A stretch of 64,000 nt of DNA, taken from the NCBI GenBank assembly GCA_019057635.1, contig DXJL01000113.1:32001-96000 (forward strand). The letters are read 5' to 3'. Positions within the stretch are counted from its first letter, which is position 1; every line of letters begins with the position of its first letter. The notes under the pieces were generated by a model. That model was not told the origin of the DNA and made no database searches. It worked only from the letters and a program-made list of their open reading frames with translations. Below, piece after piece: positions 49,298 through 59,206 of the stretch. A program made the position numbers and the translations under genes. The stretch comes from Candidatus Heimdallarchaeota archaeon (GTDB lineage: Archaea; Asgardarchaeota; Heimdallarchaeia; Hodarchaeales; Hodarchaeaceae).

Positions 49298-51165
49298 TGG
49301 ATGGGCGATTTATTTTTGAATCTGAGGATAATCGTTATGTTCCTGATACCTCTGTGGTCATAAACGGAGGATTAAAAAAACTACTCGTCGATAACCGGAT
49401 AAAACCTGGTTCTACTATCACAATTCCGATTGCGCTTCTTGCCGAACTTGAAAATCAAGCAAATCTAGGAATGAAAGTTGGTTTAACAGGTCTGGAACAA
49501 TTAAATTCTATTAGAGCTACGTGTGAACAAAAACAAATTACTTTTAGCATGGGGGGAAGAAAACCTCGTCAATTCGAATTAGGGGAAATTGATGCCTTAA
49601 TACGTGAATTGGCATGGAAGGAAGGAGGAACTCTGATTACTTCTGATAATATTCAAAATTTGAGTGCTCAATCAATGGGTGTTAAAACCTTATTTATTGA
49701 GGCAAAAACTCTAATACAGTATGATAAGCGATTGAAGATTGATCAGTATTTTGATAATGAAACTATGAGTATTCATATAAAACAAGGGACAAATGTATTT
49801 GTGAAGAAGGGCATACCAGGTACCGTTAAGTTTATACAATTCTCCTCCGAAATTATCACGAAAGAAGTAATTATTGATTACGCTGATGAGATTCTTGATA
49901 AGGCAGCTTACTTTCCAGATACTTTTATTGAAATTGACAGAAAAACATCAACCATTGTCCAATATGAAGACAGACGGATTGTAATAACTCGTCCTCCATT
50001 TTCTGATGGTTGGGAAATTACAGCCGTTCGACCATTGAAACGAATGTCGTTAGAAGAGTATGGCCTTTCATCCCGTTTAAACCAACGTCTTGAAGAAAAG
50101 GCAGAAGGGATTTTGGTCGCAGGAAGTCCTGGAGCAGGAAAAACAACTTTCACACGTGCTTTAGCTCTTTTTTATTCTGATAAAGGAAAAATCATTAAGA
50201 CTATTGAATCTCCGAGAGATTTAGATCTCAAGGTAGAAATTACCCAATATTCAAAGAACTACGGTACCCACTCCGAAATTCATGACATTCTGTTATTATC
50301 TAGACCAGATTATACCATTTTTGATGAAATTCGTGATCGTGACGATTTTCGCTTGTACACAGATTTACGTTTATCTGGAATCGGGTTAATAGGAGTTATT
50401 CACTCCAGTACAGCGATAGATGCAATACAAAGATTTATTGGGAAACTTGAACTAGGAGTAATTCCTAGTGTCCTTGATACAATATTGTTTATCGATTCTG
50501 GTCAAATACAGACCATTTTGGACGTAAAGATGACGGTAAAGGTTCCTTCAGGGTTAGTTGAGAGTGACCTTGCTCGACCAGTAATTGAAGTGAGAGATTT
50601 CTTAACGGGAAGTGTAGTATATGAAATGTACACATTTGGAGAACAAACAGTTGTAATACCTTTGCAAAATACTGATTATACTACAAAAGAAGTCAAACCT
50701 GAACGTTTATCGGAGATAAAAAGTATTATAGAACAATATACAAGCCAATCGGTTGAAATTGTTCCTAAAGATAGATATGGGCATCGTTTCGAAATACACG
50801 CACATGAAGAAGACATACCTATTGTGATTGGGCAAAAAGGAGCCACAATTAAGAAGCTAGAACGAATCCTCAATGTAAAACTTGATGTGAATAAATCTCA
50901 TAACTTTTATAATTCAATTTTAGGTCACCTTAGCCGTCAAAATATTGCTTTTCACAAACGTACCATTACCATTAGTTTTCCTAAACGACTTAAAAACCGA
51001 GATATTCGTTTCTTTTTTCAAGAATCTGATGATTCCTCCCCCGTCGAATTTTTTACTGCCACTACATCTAAATCAGGAAGAATTAAGCTAGCAACAAATA
51101 GTGAAATAGGGGATATTTTCCAGAAGGCTTTCAAAGATGAAAACATATCATTATTCTGGAAATGA
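49297..51165 (+). CDS. PINA ATPase (PIN, VirB11-like ATPase and KH domains)
   Basis: VPDTSV PIN motif, GSPGAGKT, RPDYTIFDE and IGQKG KH motif. Confidence 0.93.
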   Translation: MDGRFIFESEDNRYVPDTSVVINGGLKKLLVDNRIKPGSTITIPIALLAELENQANLGMKVGLTGLEQLNSIRATCEQKQITFSMGGRKPRQFELGEIDALIRELAWKEGGTLITSDNIQNLSAQSMGVKTLFIEAKTLIQYDKRLKIDQYFDNETMSIHIKQGTNVFVKKGIPGTVKFIQFSSEIITKEVIIDYADEILDKAAYFPDTFIEIDRKTSTIVQYEDRRIVITRPPFSDGWEITAVRPLKRMSLEEYGLSSRLNQRLEEKAEGILVAGSPGAGKTTFTRALALFYSDKGKIIKTIESPRDLDLKVEITQYSKNYGTHSEIHDILLLSRPDYTIFDEIRDRDDFRLYTDLRLSGIGLIGVIHSSTAIDAIQRFIGKLELGVIPSVLDTILFIDSGQIQTILDVKMTVKVPSGLVESDLARPVIEVRDFLTGSVVYEMYTFGEQTVVIPLQNTDYTTKEVKPERLSEIKSIIEQYTSQSVEIVPKDRYGHRFEIHAHEEDIPIVIGQKGATIKKLERILNVKLDVNKSHNFYNSILGHLSRQNIAFHKRTITISFPKRLKNRDIRFFFQESDDSSPVEFFTATTSKSGRIKLATNSEIGDIFQKAFKDENISLFWK

Positions 51166-51212
51166 ACCTCTAAGAATGAAAAAAGGGGTTTTCCCTCTCA
51201 CCTTTCTAGTTC

Positions 51213-52889
51213 TTATTCTTCCTTGAAAATTTCTCTTAGGCGACGGAGTTCTTTCAGCATTTCCCCTCGTAATTCTGCGATGCTTGTGGATCTTGCATCA
51301 GCTATCAAATCAAGAGGAGAATCACTTGCCTGTCCAGTAGGCATTACAGGTTCAGGTACTGCCGGTGATGGGGGGGGAACACTTGCTAAAGGCATTGGAG
51401 GGGGAGTTACGGGAGGGGTGGAAGGTGGGGGAGGAGGAGAAGTTGGAAGACCTACAGGTTTAGATTGTACTGAAGGCGCTTTTGGAATCGGTTTTGGTAA
51501 AGGTGTTTCACCCAATACGGAATCAAAGAGAGCACCGACCTTATCAGCTTCTGGAGTTCCTGGTTTTGCCTTTCGAAGACTACCAACTTTTGTTTTGTAT
51601 GATTTGATTCGTCCTTCATAGTGCTTTACTAATGATTCATACACTCTAGGTCGAAACTTATCATCCCTTAAAGCTTCTTTGAACTGGTTTATTAGGTTAT
51701 TTTCATTCTTACTCAATATTTCGAGATATGTAACCATTTCCGTTGGAGTAGTTTTTAAATCCAGGAAAGAATCAGTAGAAACATCTGATGTCTGGAAATC
51801 CCCACTAACTTCTTCTGTCTCAAAGTAAAGAACTGAAGTAATGAAAATCATTGAAACTAATGAGAACACTGATCCGTACATAAACATTACATCCCATGAG
51901 TAGCCCAAGAAAGTATAGTCTAGATTTGACAAATTGAGTAATTCTTGTACTTGGGAAGAAGATGATAAGACAAGAATAAATGACATTAATACCATAAAAA
52001 ATCCGATAAGTAATGTTAGGAACCAAATCAGTTTTAATTTATCTAAAACACCACTAAATTTTCTCGAACTGGAAAGAAAAGCCGCTGTTGAGAGTAAAAG
52101 TAAGCTTCCAAACGAATAAATAACATACCATTCAGTGTCAGCGGGAATGGGATCAAGAATTTCTATACCAATTAAAAGTGAAAGAATAACTACTACAAAT
52201 CCAAACACAAATCCAATTAGCCAGAGTAACCTTGTATTGTCGAGAAAATTTCGGAAACCATGACTTGCGGATATTAACAAGGGAAAAACGCCTAAAATTA
52301 GGAATATACCACCACTCAAAAATAGGACGTCCCATGAAGTACCTCCAATTAGTGGTATCGTTGTGAGTAAATCATCGATGTAATGGCCATATGCCAACAT
52401 AGACGCTATTTCTAGAATCAATCCTATCACTATTAGGAATAAATATAGAAATTTGAGATTCCATAAGCGTTCACGATCACGAACACCAAATAATAGTGGC
52501 AATAAACTCACACAGAAGACAACACCAGAAAGAATAAAGTAATCGAACCAAATGGTAATTTCTGTGTCAATCGCAGTTACAAAACCACCATAAACTAACA
52601 ATGAATAAATAATGCCTAAAATGCTGATACTGAATAAGAGTATTAAATGAGGATATATCTTCTTTACACTCATTTTCCCTCTGGCATCCATCACTGACAA
52701 TGAAGGTAAAGCCGTTATGATTGTCAAGTAAAAGCCGAAAGCAAATAAGATTTTATAATCTAAACCTATTAGCAATCTATCTGCTGAAGCTACGCCAGAA
52801 TAGTAGAGAAAACCTAGTACAATGCTGAATATACCAATTACTGTAAGTGTGAGAAGTCCTCTTGACGTTTTTACAAATGTTTCTCTCAA
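51213..52889 (-). CDS. Multi-pass membrane protein with cytoplasmic coil, polyproline tract and C-terminal helix
   Basis: About 10 TM segments in repeated hairpins (W[DY]..F..G), PPPPP tracts, ends STSIAELRGEMLKELRRLREIFKEE. Confidence 0.8.
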   Translation of the reverse strand: MRETFVKTSRGLLTLTVIGIFSIVLGFLYYSGVASADRLLIGLDYKILFAFGFYLTIITALPSLSVMDARGKMSVKKIYPHLILLFSISILGIIYSLLVYGGFVTAIDTEITIWFDYFILSGVVFCVSLLPLLFGVRDRERLWNLKFLYLFLIVIGLILEIASMLAYGHYIDDLLTTIPLIGGTSWDVLFLSGGIFLILGVFPLLISASHGFRNFLDNTRLLWLIGFVFGFVVVILSLLIGIEILDPIPADTEWYVIYSFGSLLLLSTAAFLSSSRKFSGVLDKLKLIWFLTLLIGFFMVLMSFILVLSSSSQVQELLNLSNLDYTFLGYSWDVMFMYGSVFSLVSMIFITSVLYFETEEVSGDFQTSDVSTDSFLDLKTTPTEMVTYLEILSKNENNLINQFKEALRDDKFRPRVYESLVKHYEGRIKSYKTKVGSLRKAKPGTPEADKVGALFDSVLGETPLPKPIPKAPSVQSKPVGLPTSPPPPPSTPPVTPPPMPLASVPPPSPAVPEPVMPTGQASDSPLDLIADARSTSIAELRGEMLKELRRLREIFKEE

Positions 52890-53408
52890 AAAATAAATCT
52901 CCTTATCACAAGTTCAGATAAATCTGTTTAGGAATAAGTCTAATACCTACTAATATAAGTCTAGTCTTATTTCAAATATTGTTGCTTTGCCGACAAAAAG
53001 TCAGTATTTAGAATAATTTCAAGAATTTCGACTCCTTCTTGAGTAAATGAAGCATTTTTCTATTTATACCAACAAAGAATTATCCTCGCAAAAACTACTA
53101 TCAAGATAACTAATAAGATTACACTTTTATACATAAGGAAATAGTTTATTGACCAAATTATGAAATAGATCCAATATTAAGGCTTTTAATCAGTTAGAGT
53201 TTTTATATTATCAGAGTTTTTTTTTAGGAAATATATCAAACTTCAAGAAAAGATCAAAAGACAATATTAGAATTCCAGAAAAATGATGGAAAACTTCATC
53301 CTAGAGTTTAGTAACTCCAGAAAAGCATATTAAGAGTAGGTAGATATCAAAAGATATAATGAGAACAAAAAAAATCTTATAAGGACTAATTAACACCCAA
53401 ATTAAATA

Positions 53409-53525
53409 GCCGGGGTATTCTAGTCCGGCAGGAAGCATGCCTGGAAATATCATGATAAGGATTCATCCTTTCAACTAAAAAGCATGTGCTCTTTGAGCTC
53501 GAGAGTTCAAATCTCTCCCCCGGCG
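53409..53525 (+). tRNA. tRNA-Ser(GGA) with 37/38 intron (~53447-53480)
   Basis: GCCGGGG..CCCCGGC acceptor; CATGC-CT-GGA-A[intron]A-GCATG; long variable arm. Confidence 0.92.
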
Positions 53526-53826
53526 CTTAATTCTGAACATTTCAGCCATTTAGATGTAATAATTATAAATTATAGATATTTACAGCAACTATTAGGAAAT
53601 TTTCTATTCGAAAATCTCATTTCAGAAGTGGGAGGAAACCTTTGAGTTCACCCGTATCAAATCTCACAAAAAGCCACAATCGAATGAAATCGCGATGTGT
53701 TCGTAACCATAATATAGGGCATTCAAACTCCTTTTCAACCAGAGGAGAATAGCAAAACGGATAACCCCTTATAGTGTTTGATGTTCAAACTATTCATTAT
53801 TGAACAAATATTAGTAGGAATGAATT

Positions 53827-54285
53827 TTGGAGTATAATCACCAATTAAGGATTGCAGGAGCCGATTGTCCAGGAAATTGGCTTGTAGCTCATGCTATTAC
53901 CAAGATACGTGGAGTAGGCTACCGTCTTGCTACTCAGATTTGCCATAAAGCTGAAATCGACCCTGAAATGCGATGTGGGTTCTTAACTGAAGACGAAGTT
54001 CAGTTAATAGAGGATGTTATTACAAATTGCTCCGCCTTTGATATCCCCGCTTGGATGTTAAATCGTCAGAAGGATATTGAATCAGGTGAAGATTTGCATA
54101 TAATTAGTAATGATTTAATTGATATAATTAGGCTTGATATTGAACGAGAGAAAAAGACCCGATCTTATAGAGGAATTCGACACTACTTGGGTCTCCCTGT
54201 CCGTGGGCAGAGAACAAAAACCTCTGGCCGTGGTGGAACCACGATAGGAGTGTCAAAAAAGAAAGTAAAGCAATCAGGTGAATAA
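53827..54285 (+). CDS. rps13: 30S ribosomal protein uS13
   Basis: I.GVG, PAWMLNR and YRGIRH..GLPVRGQRT motifs; TTG start. Confidence 0.97.
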   Translation: MEYNHQLRIAGADCPGNWLVAHAITKIRGVGYRLATQICHKAEIDPEMRCGFLTEDEVQLIEDVITNCSAFDIPAWMLNRQKDIESGEDLHIISNDLIDIIRLDIEREKKTRSYRGIRHYLGLPVRGQRTKTSGRGGTTIGVSKKKVKQSGE

Positions 54286-54286
54286 A

Positions 54287-54844
54287 ATGGGAGATCCTAG
54301 AAAATTAAGAAAAAAGCTTGAAGGTCCTCGCCATCCATTCAATAAAACACGTATTGAAGAAGAAATGCAGTATATGGGGCGGTTTGGGCTCAGAAATAAA
54401 AAAGAAATTTGGAAGGCTCAAACAATTCTTCGCAAATATAGATCAAGAGCTCGTGCCTCTCTTGCTTTACCAGAGTCCCAAAGAGAAACAGAAAGAAATA
54501 ATCTAGTTAAGAAATTATTTCGTATGGGAATTATGACAAACGAAGAGGGATTGACTGATGATGTTCTTTCTCTGAATGTAGAGCAATTTTTAAAACGAAG
54601 ATTACAATCTATTGTTCACGAACTCGGTTTAGCAAATACTCCTTGGCAAGCTCGACAAATGATTTGCCATGGACACATTGCACTCGAAGGCCGAAAAGTT
54701 ACTGCTCCTAGTTATCATGTGAAACGTGGTGAGGAAGAATCAATAACTTTTTCTCCAAGTTCTCCATATAATGATTCTGCACATCCAGCTTTGAGTGTAC
54801 CCGCTTCAAGAGCTGTTAGACCTCCTCCCTCGGAGGAACATTAA
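54287..54844 (+). CDS. rps4: 30S ribosomal protein uS4
   Basis: MGDPRK, GLRNKKEIW, RRLQ and ARQ.I.HGHI motifs. Confidence 0.97.
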   Translation: MGDPRKLRKKLEGPRHPFNKTRIEEEMQYMGRFGLRNKKEIWKAQTILRKYRSRARASLALPESQRETERNNLVKKLFRMGIMTNEEGLTDDVLSLNVEQFLKRRLQSIVHELGLANTPWQARQMICHGHIALEGRKVTAPSYHVKRGEEESITFSPSSPYNDSAHPALSVPASRAVRPPPSEEH

Positions 54845-54871
54845 TTTTTTCGAACAAGTTGGTTATTAAAT

Positions 54872-55273
54872 ATGTCTAAAGCAAATAAAAATCCTTCTAC
54901 TGGAATCGCTCATATCTTAAGCTCTTATAATAATACAATAATAACTTTGACTGATATGACTGGCGCTGAAACCATTGCCAAATCTTCAGGCGGACAAGTT
55001 GTTCGTGCAGATCGCAACCAGTCATCTCCTTATGCTGCAATGAAAGTTGGACATGAAATAGCTAGAGCTGCAAAAGAAAAAGGGATAAGGAAAATCGTGG
55101 TCAAAGTTAGAGCCCCTGGAGGTTCTGGTGCTCGAAACCCTGGCCCTGGCGCTCAAGCAGCTATACGAGCAATTGCACGTTCAGGATTGCAAATCACACG
55201 AATTGAAGAAGTAACACCCATTCCTCACGATAGTACAAGACAACGTGGTGGAAGACGTGGACGTCGTGTGTAA
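54872..55273 (+). CDS. rps11: 30S ribosomal protein uS11
   Basis: [18 protein letters not shown] and GGRRGRRV motifs. Confidence 0.97.
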   Translation: MSKANKNPSTGIAHILSSYNNTIITLTDMTGAETIAKSSGGQVVRADRNQSSPYAAMKVGHEIARAAKEKGIRKIVVKVRAPGGSGARNPGPGAQAAIRAIARSGLQITRIEEVTPIPHDSTRQRGGRRGRRV

Positions 55274-55364
55274 GGTAAGAAGAAGCTGTTAAGTGGTTTT
55301 ACTCCAAGTCTGTTTGGAAATTGAGCTGAAAATTTGTTCCACAGGTGTTCTATCTATTCAGAAC

Positions 55365-56339
55365 TCAAACTTTCTTCCAAGATGAGGGATAAGTTTCTTT
55401 TTTCATAAAAACAGCAATGGGTTTCGCGCATATCCCATTTTTTAAATCCGCTATTTTCTTACTTGTCAATATACTTCTTCCAAAAGCTACTAGTTCTCCT
55501 TTCATTGTAAGGATCGCCAGTAAAGAATTTTTATCAATATTTCTTGTAAACTGAATTATACCAGGAAGAGTTAGCTGGGCACCATGACAAATTGCATCAA
55601 CGGCTGAGTCCCGTATGAATATTTTAGGTAAATGAACACAAATCGCTTCTATGGGCTGAATTATTTCACGAATTAAGGTTTCATCGCCATTTTCATTATA
55701 ATAATGCCACGCATCAGTCAAATCTTGCAAAGTTCTACTCATATTCTCATTAAACGGTCCTGTATGAGTGCGTCTTAATTCATGCATATGTGCCCCTGTG
55801 CCTAGAATTAACCCAATATCATGACAAAGTTTACGAATATAAGTCCCTGCCTCACATTTAATTCTCAGTAATGAATATTGAGATTCTTGGTGTTCAATAA
55901 GCTCTAGTGAATAGATCTTTCTTACACGTAATTGCCTTTTAACATTACTTCTAATTGGAGGAGTTTGATAAATTTTTCCTCGAAATATTCCAAGTATTTC
56001 TTCTACTTCCTGCTGTGTTCTAGGTTCATGAAGCTTCATAATGCAGATGTACTCCTTACCTGCAGGTAGTAACACTTGAAGTGAACGTGTTGCACGACCT
56101 AGAGCGATAGGTAAACATCCCGTGACAGCAGGATCAAGTGTACCGCCATGACCTGCCTTTTTAATCCCGAGGATATGTTTTACCCACGCTGTAACTTCAT
56201 GAGAGGTGGGATTCGCAGGTTTATCAAGATTTATGATCCCTAGATTTAGAAGTCCTGGAACACTACGTTTTTCTGGAGATAGACCATAATCAGGACTTGT
56301 ATGGTAATTTGCAACCTTTACAAAAAAAGGGGAAGTCAT
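55365..56339 (-). CDS. cbf5: H/ACA pseudouridine synthase Cbf5
   Basis: DKP..PTSHEV, GHGGTLDP and GTYIRKLC motifs; PUA domain. Confidence 0.97.
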   Translation of the reverse strand: MTSPFFVKVANYHTSPDYGLSPEKRSVPGLLNLGIINLDKPANPTSHEVTAWVKHILGIKKAGHGGTLDPAVTGCLPIALGRATRSLQVLLPAGKEYICIMKLHEPRTQQEVEEILGIFRGKIYQTPPIRSNVKRQLRVRKIYSLELIEHQESQYSLLRIKCEAGTYIRKLCHDIGLILGTGAHMHELRRTHTGPFNENMSRTLQDLTDAWHYYNENGDETLIREIIQPIEAICVHLPKIFIRDSAVDAICHGAQLTLPGIIQFTRNIDKNSLLAILTMKGELVAFGRSILTSKKIADLKNGICAKPIAVFMKKETYPSSWKKV

Positions 56340-56369
56340 AAAAAGATCCCAAAAATGGAAAAAGAAGAT

Positions 56370-56648
56370 TCAGACAGTAATCTGTATAGGTTCTTTAATC
56401 GCTTCAAGGAGATCCGCTTTTTCAAGCGCTTTTTGTATTGCATCATCTTTTGCTCCCCGTTTAATACTAATAATTGTATCTAAGGGGCGAATGTGCTTTA
56501 TATTACAGCGACGTCGTTTAACAGCGGATACACCACCACCGGAAATCAAAACAAAGTTTTGATCAACTAAATCAACGATCACTGCTTTCATTAGCGCCTC
56601 GCGTCCGGCGGTCTTTACAATAACTCTACCAACTTCAATCGCAGCCAT
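56370..56648 (-). CDS. rpl14e: 50S ribosomal protein L14e
   Basis: IEVGRV..KTAGREA and VKRRRCNIKH motifs. Confidence 0.96.
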   Translation of the reverse strand: MAAIEVGRVIVKTAGREALMKAVIVDLVDQNFVLISGGGVSAVKRRRCNIKHIRPLDTIISIKRGAKDDAIQKALEKADLLEAIKEPIQITV

Positions 56649-57187
56649 CTATATTCATTCCTCTAGTTAGAATACGCATCTTTTGAGATAAAAGCAGAAA
56701 ATGTACACAAATCTTTGCATGAACGGACGGGTGCCTTAAATTCTGCCTAAATTCAAGTATGGCCTTTTTTAAGTATAATTCATATAACTTTCTAACTGAC
56801 AAAATAGCTAAATCAAACTAGAAGTGTCGAAATGACCCCCTGAGAATGATAATTAGATCTTATAATGAAAGAGTATTAATTCCCTTATTATTTCATTGGA
56901 TCAGTTAAAAATCCCTTAATTTTCCTATTTTACAAAAAAAAATATTCAATGAAGCCCAAAAATAGCTATCCGTAAATTATTCTTGGAATAGGAGGAAGTT
57001 ATTCAAAAATCCTTTGAGATTTCCTTATCTCGTGGATATCTATTCTCTTTTAATGTTTTAAGATCGTCTCCAGATGATTCAGTCTATCTCTATTTTCCCT
57101 TTTCAAGAATGATTATTTATTAAGAATGGATGAAACAGTCATAACTGAAAATTAGAATCAATCCTTTGTTATGGTTCGGGTTCAAAA

Positions 57188-57292
57188 GCTGCTGTGGCTT
57201 AGTTGGTAGAGCGACAGACTCGTAAGATTTATAGAAGATCATAATAACTCCGAGATATCTGTTGGCCGTGGGTTCAAGTCCCACCAGCAGCT
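57188..57292 (+). tRNA. tRNA-Thr(CGT) with 37/38 intron (~57225-57256)
   Basis: GCTGCTG..CAGCAGC acceptor; ACAGA-CT-CGT-A[intron]A-TCTGT; GGTTCAAGTCC T-arm. Confidence 0.92.
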
Positions 57293-57328
57293 CTAATCCA
57301 CTATACCTCTTTAAGAATTCCGATCTAA

Positions 57329-58168
57329 CTATTTCATCTTAAAGAAGTCAGTAAAAGTGTAGATGGGAAAATCCGTGTAATGATCGATAATCTCAGTGAT
57401 CTGTACTAGGGTATTCTTTTGAAAATTTCTTACTATCTCTTTCTGGTTCTCCGTTTTGACTAATGACTCTAACTTCTGAAAATAATCATTGGTTCGTGTC
57501 TTCCATTCTCCCCTAGATCGTCTATCGATCCGATAGATGATCGGTGTTTCGATTTCCTCAATACTAACACCGTTCTGATGAACATAATGCCAAAATACTA
57601 ATGGAAATGAATAACCAGCGTGATCCATTTTTGAAGGCAGACTTCGTACTCTATATCCTTTTAACCCACAAAAAGCATCAGTTATTTGAATATCAAATAT
57701 TTCGTTAATTGTTCTAGTGAGAAACATATTTGTAACATATCTATCAACAGGAACTTTGGTATTATCTTTCCAGAACCTATACGTCAAATACCTACTTGTT
57801 GAGATTAGGTCAAGCTCTGAATTTGTTGCCAATTTATCAATTATCTCTTTAATGGTGAAAGGAGCATGTTGCAAATCAGCATCAAATGTAATTAATACGT
57901 CATACCCTTTCTTTGCTTCCTTAAACAAAGTGAGGATTGTGTTTCCATATCCTAGGGGCCCTCGCTCATGGCGAACGATTTTTAGATGATAGCTTAATGA
58001 AAGCTCTTCGTATATTTCACGGGATTGGTCTGTGCTTCCATCATCAGCGATAAGAACGTCAATCTCGTAATTTTGACACTCTGAGTGTAAAAACTCATAG
58101 AGAGAGACTAAACACTCATGGAGATATGCCTGTTCATTGTGCAGTGGAATACCGATTAGAATTTTAAT
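57329..58168 (-). CDS. GT2 glycosyltransferase (DPM1-like), extended to an apparent ATT start
   Basis: Frame stays open 240 nt above the track start, encoding IKILIGIPLHNE..ADDGSTD..GYG; DADLQH motif; GGAGG 7 nt before ATT. Confidence 0.85.
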   Translation of the reverse strand: MKILIGIPLHNEQAYLHECLVSLYEFLHSECQNYEIDVLIADDGSTDQSREIYEELSLSYHLKIVRHERGPLGYGNTILTLFKEAKKGYDVLITFDADLQHAPFTIKEIIDKLATNSELDLISTSRYLTYRFWKDNTKVPVDRYVTNMFLTRTINEIFDIQITDAFCGLKGYRVRSLPSKMDHAGYSFPLVFWHYVHQNGVSIEEIETPIIYRIDRRSRGEWKTRTNDYFQKLESLVKTENQKEIVRNFQKNTLVQITEIIDHYTDFPIYTFTDFFKMK

Positions 58169-58594
58169 ATGGAATCCTCCTACATAAGGAGAGGTTATAA
58201 GGGGAGATATAGTGTCAATATAGAAAGACTAGGAGTTAACTTATCAATCATTTTGATAAGAATGAAAATTCACGTTTGTACATTCCTTCCATTGAGGTGG
58301 AAAAAATTCTTGTAAAGGAATCTTTTTCTTTGTGGAAGGCGGTTACAGGACTAAACTTGTCAAACTATTACAATTGGTTTATAGTAGGTTAACAAAGTCA
58401 AAATACATAATATAATGTCGTTAATTTATAATAAAAGTAAAGAAGCTTAGAAATAGGTTTTACTTGGGATGATCCTTACGAAGTTAAGTTCATTTCAAAC
58501 TGAAGTTTTCTGAAATCCTTTTAAAACTTCTTTTTCTCGGGTAGAATAGAGTGTTCTAAGAACACGGTGACAAATACGTCAATCAGATAGGAGA

Positions 58595-59035
58595 ATGGTA
58601 GATATATTGACTGAGTTTGATCCTGAACTTCAAGAGATTTTGAAAAAGAAGGCTTCATCGTTAAAAAAAGACGCATCTTTCTTCAATGAAGTGAATCAAA
58701 ATGGAGTCACTCACGTTGACAATTCAAATATCGATAAGATTATTCAATCCTCTCCTCTACCTGTCTTAGTAGATTTTTCTGCTGATGCATGGTGCAGACC
58801 TTGTCAAGTAATGGCTCCAGTGTACGAAGAATTAAGTCACGAATATGCCAAAAAGGTTGTATTTCTTAAAATTAACACTGATCACAACCAACAAGCATCT
58901 GGTAGATATCGAATTTTTTCTGTACCAACCTTTATCATGTTTAAATCAGGTGAGCGAGTAGCGCAACGAGCTGGCGCAGCTCCAAAAGCTAAATTTAAAA
59001 CATGGATTGAGGAGATTTTATCAAGCAGTGCCTAA
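58595..59035 (+). CDS. trxA: Thioredoxin with N-terminal extension
   Basis: WCRPC and SVPT motifs. Confidence 0.93.
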   Translation: MVDILTEFDPELQEILKKKASSLKKDASFFNEVNQNGVTHVDNSNIDKIIQSSPLPVLVDFSADAWCRPCQVMAPVYEELSHEYAKKVVFLKINTDHNQQASGRYRIFSVPTFIMFKSGERVAQRAGAAPKAKFKTWIEEILSSSA

Positions 59036-59081
59036 TAATTTGAAATAGCAAATAATGAATTACCAAGTAGTGTGAAGTATT

Positions 59082-59150
59082 TTGAGAGAAAAATGGAAGA
59101 AAAAACGGCTGAGAAAAAGAAAACGTAAAGAACGAAGAAGGAAAGGATAA
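59082..59150 (+). CDS. rpl41e: Ribosomal protein eL41, not in ORF track
   Basis: TTG-start MREKWKKKRLRKRKRKERRRKG matches the eL41 pattern MRxKWxKKRxR. Confidence 0.85.
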   Translation: MREKWKKKRLRKRKRKERRRKG

Positions 59151-59206
59151 TTTCTCGTCTATTTTTCTGCAAGATATATGTCCCTAGTGATGATAAGACC
59201 TAAATC

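Noticed and set aside
51223-51621. Gly-rich 132-aa ORF
   Set aside because: It is the antisense shadow of the polyproline codons in 51213-52889.
52890-53408. Long AT-rich spacer as replication origin or integration site
   Set aside because: No ORB-like repeats, cdc6, integrase or tRNA-end duplication were seen.
53620-53790. RNase P RNA
   Set aside because: Only a GAGGAAA-like piece is present, with no convincing P4 partner or CR-V, so it is kept only as a low-confidence leader candidate.
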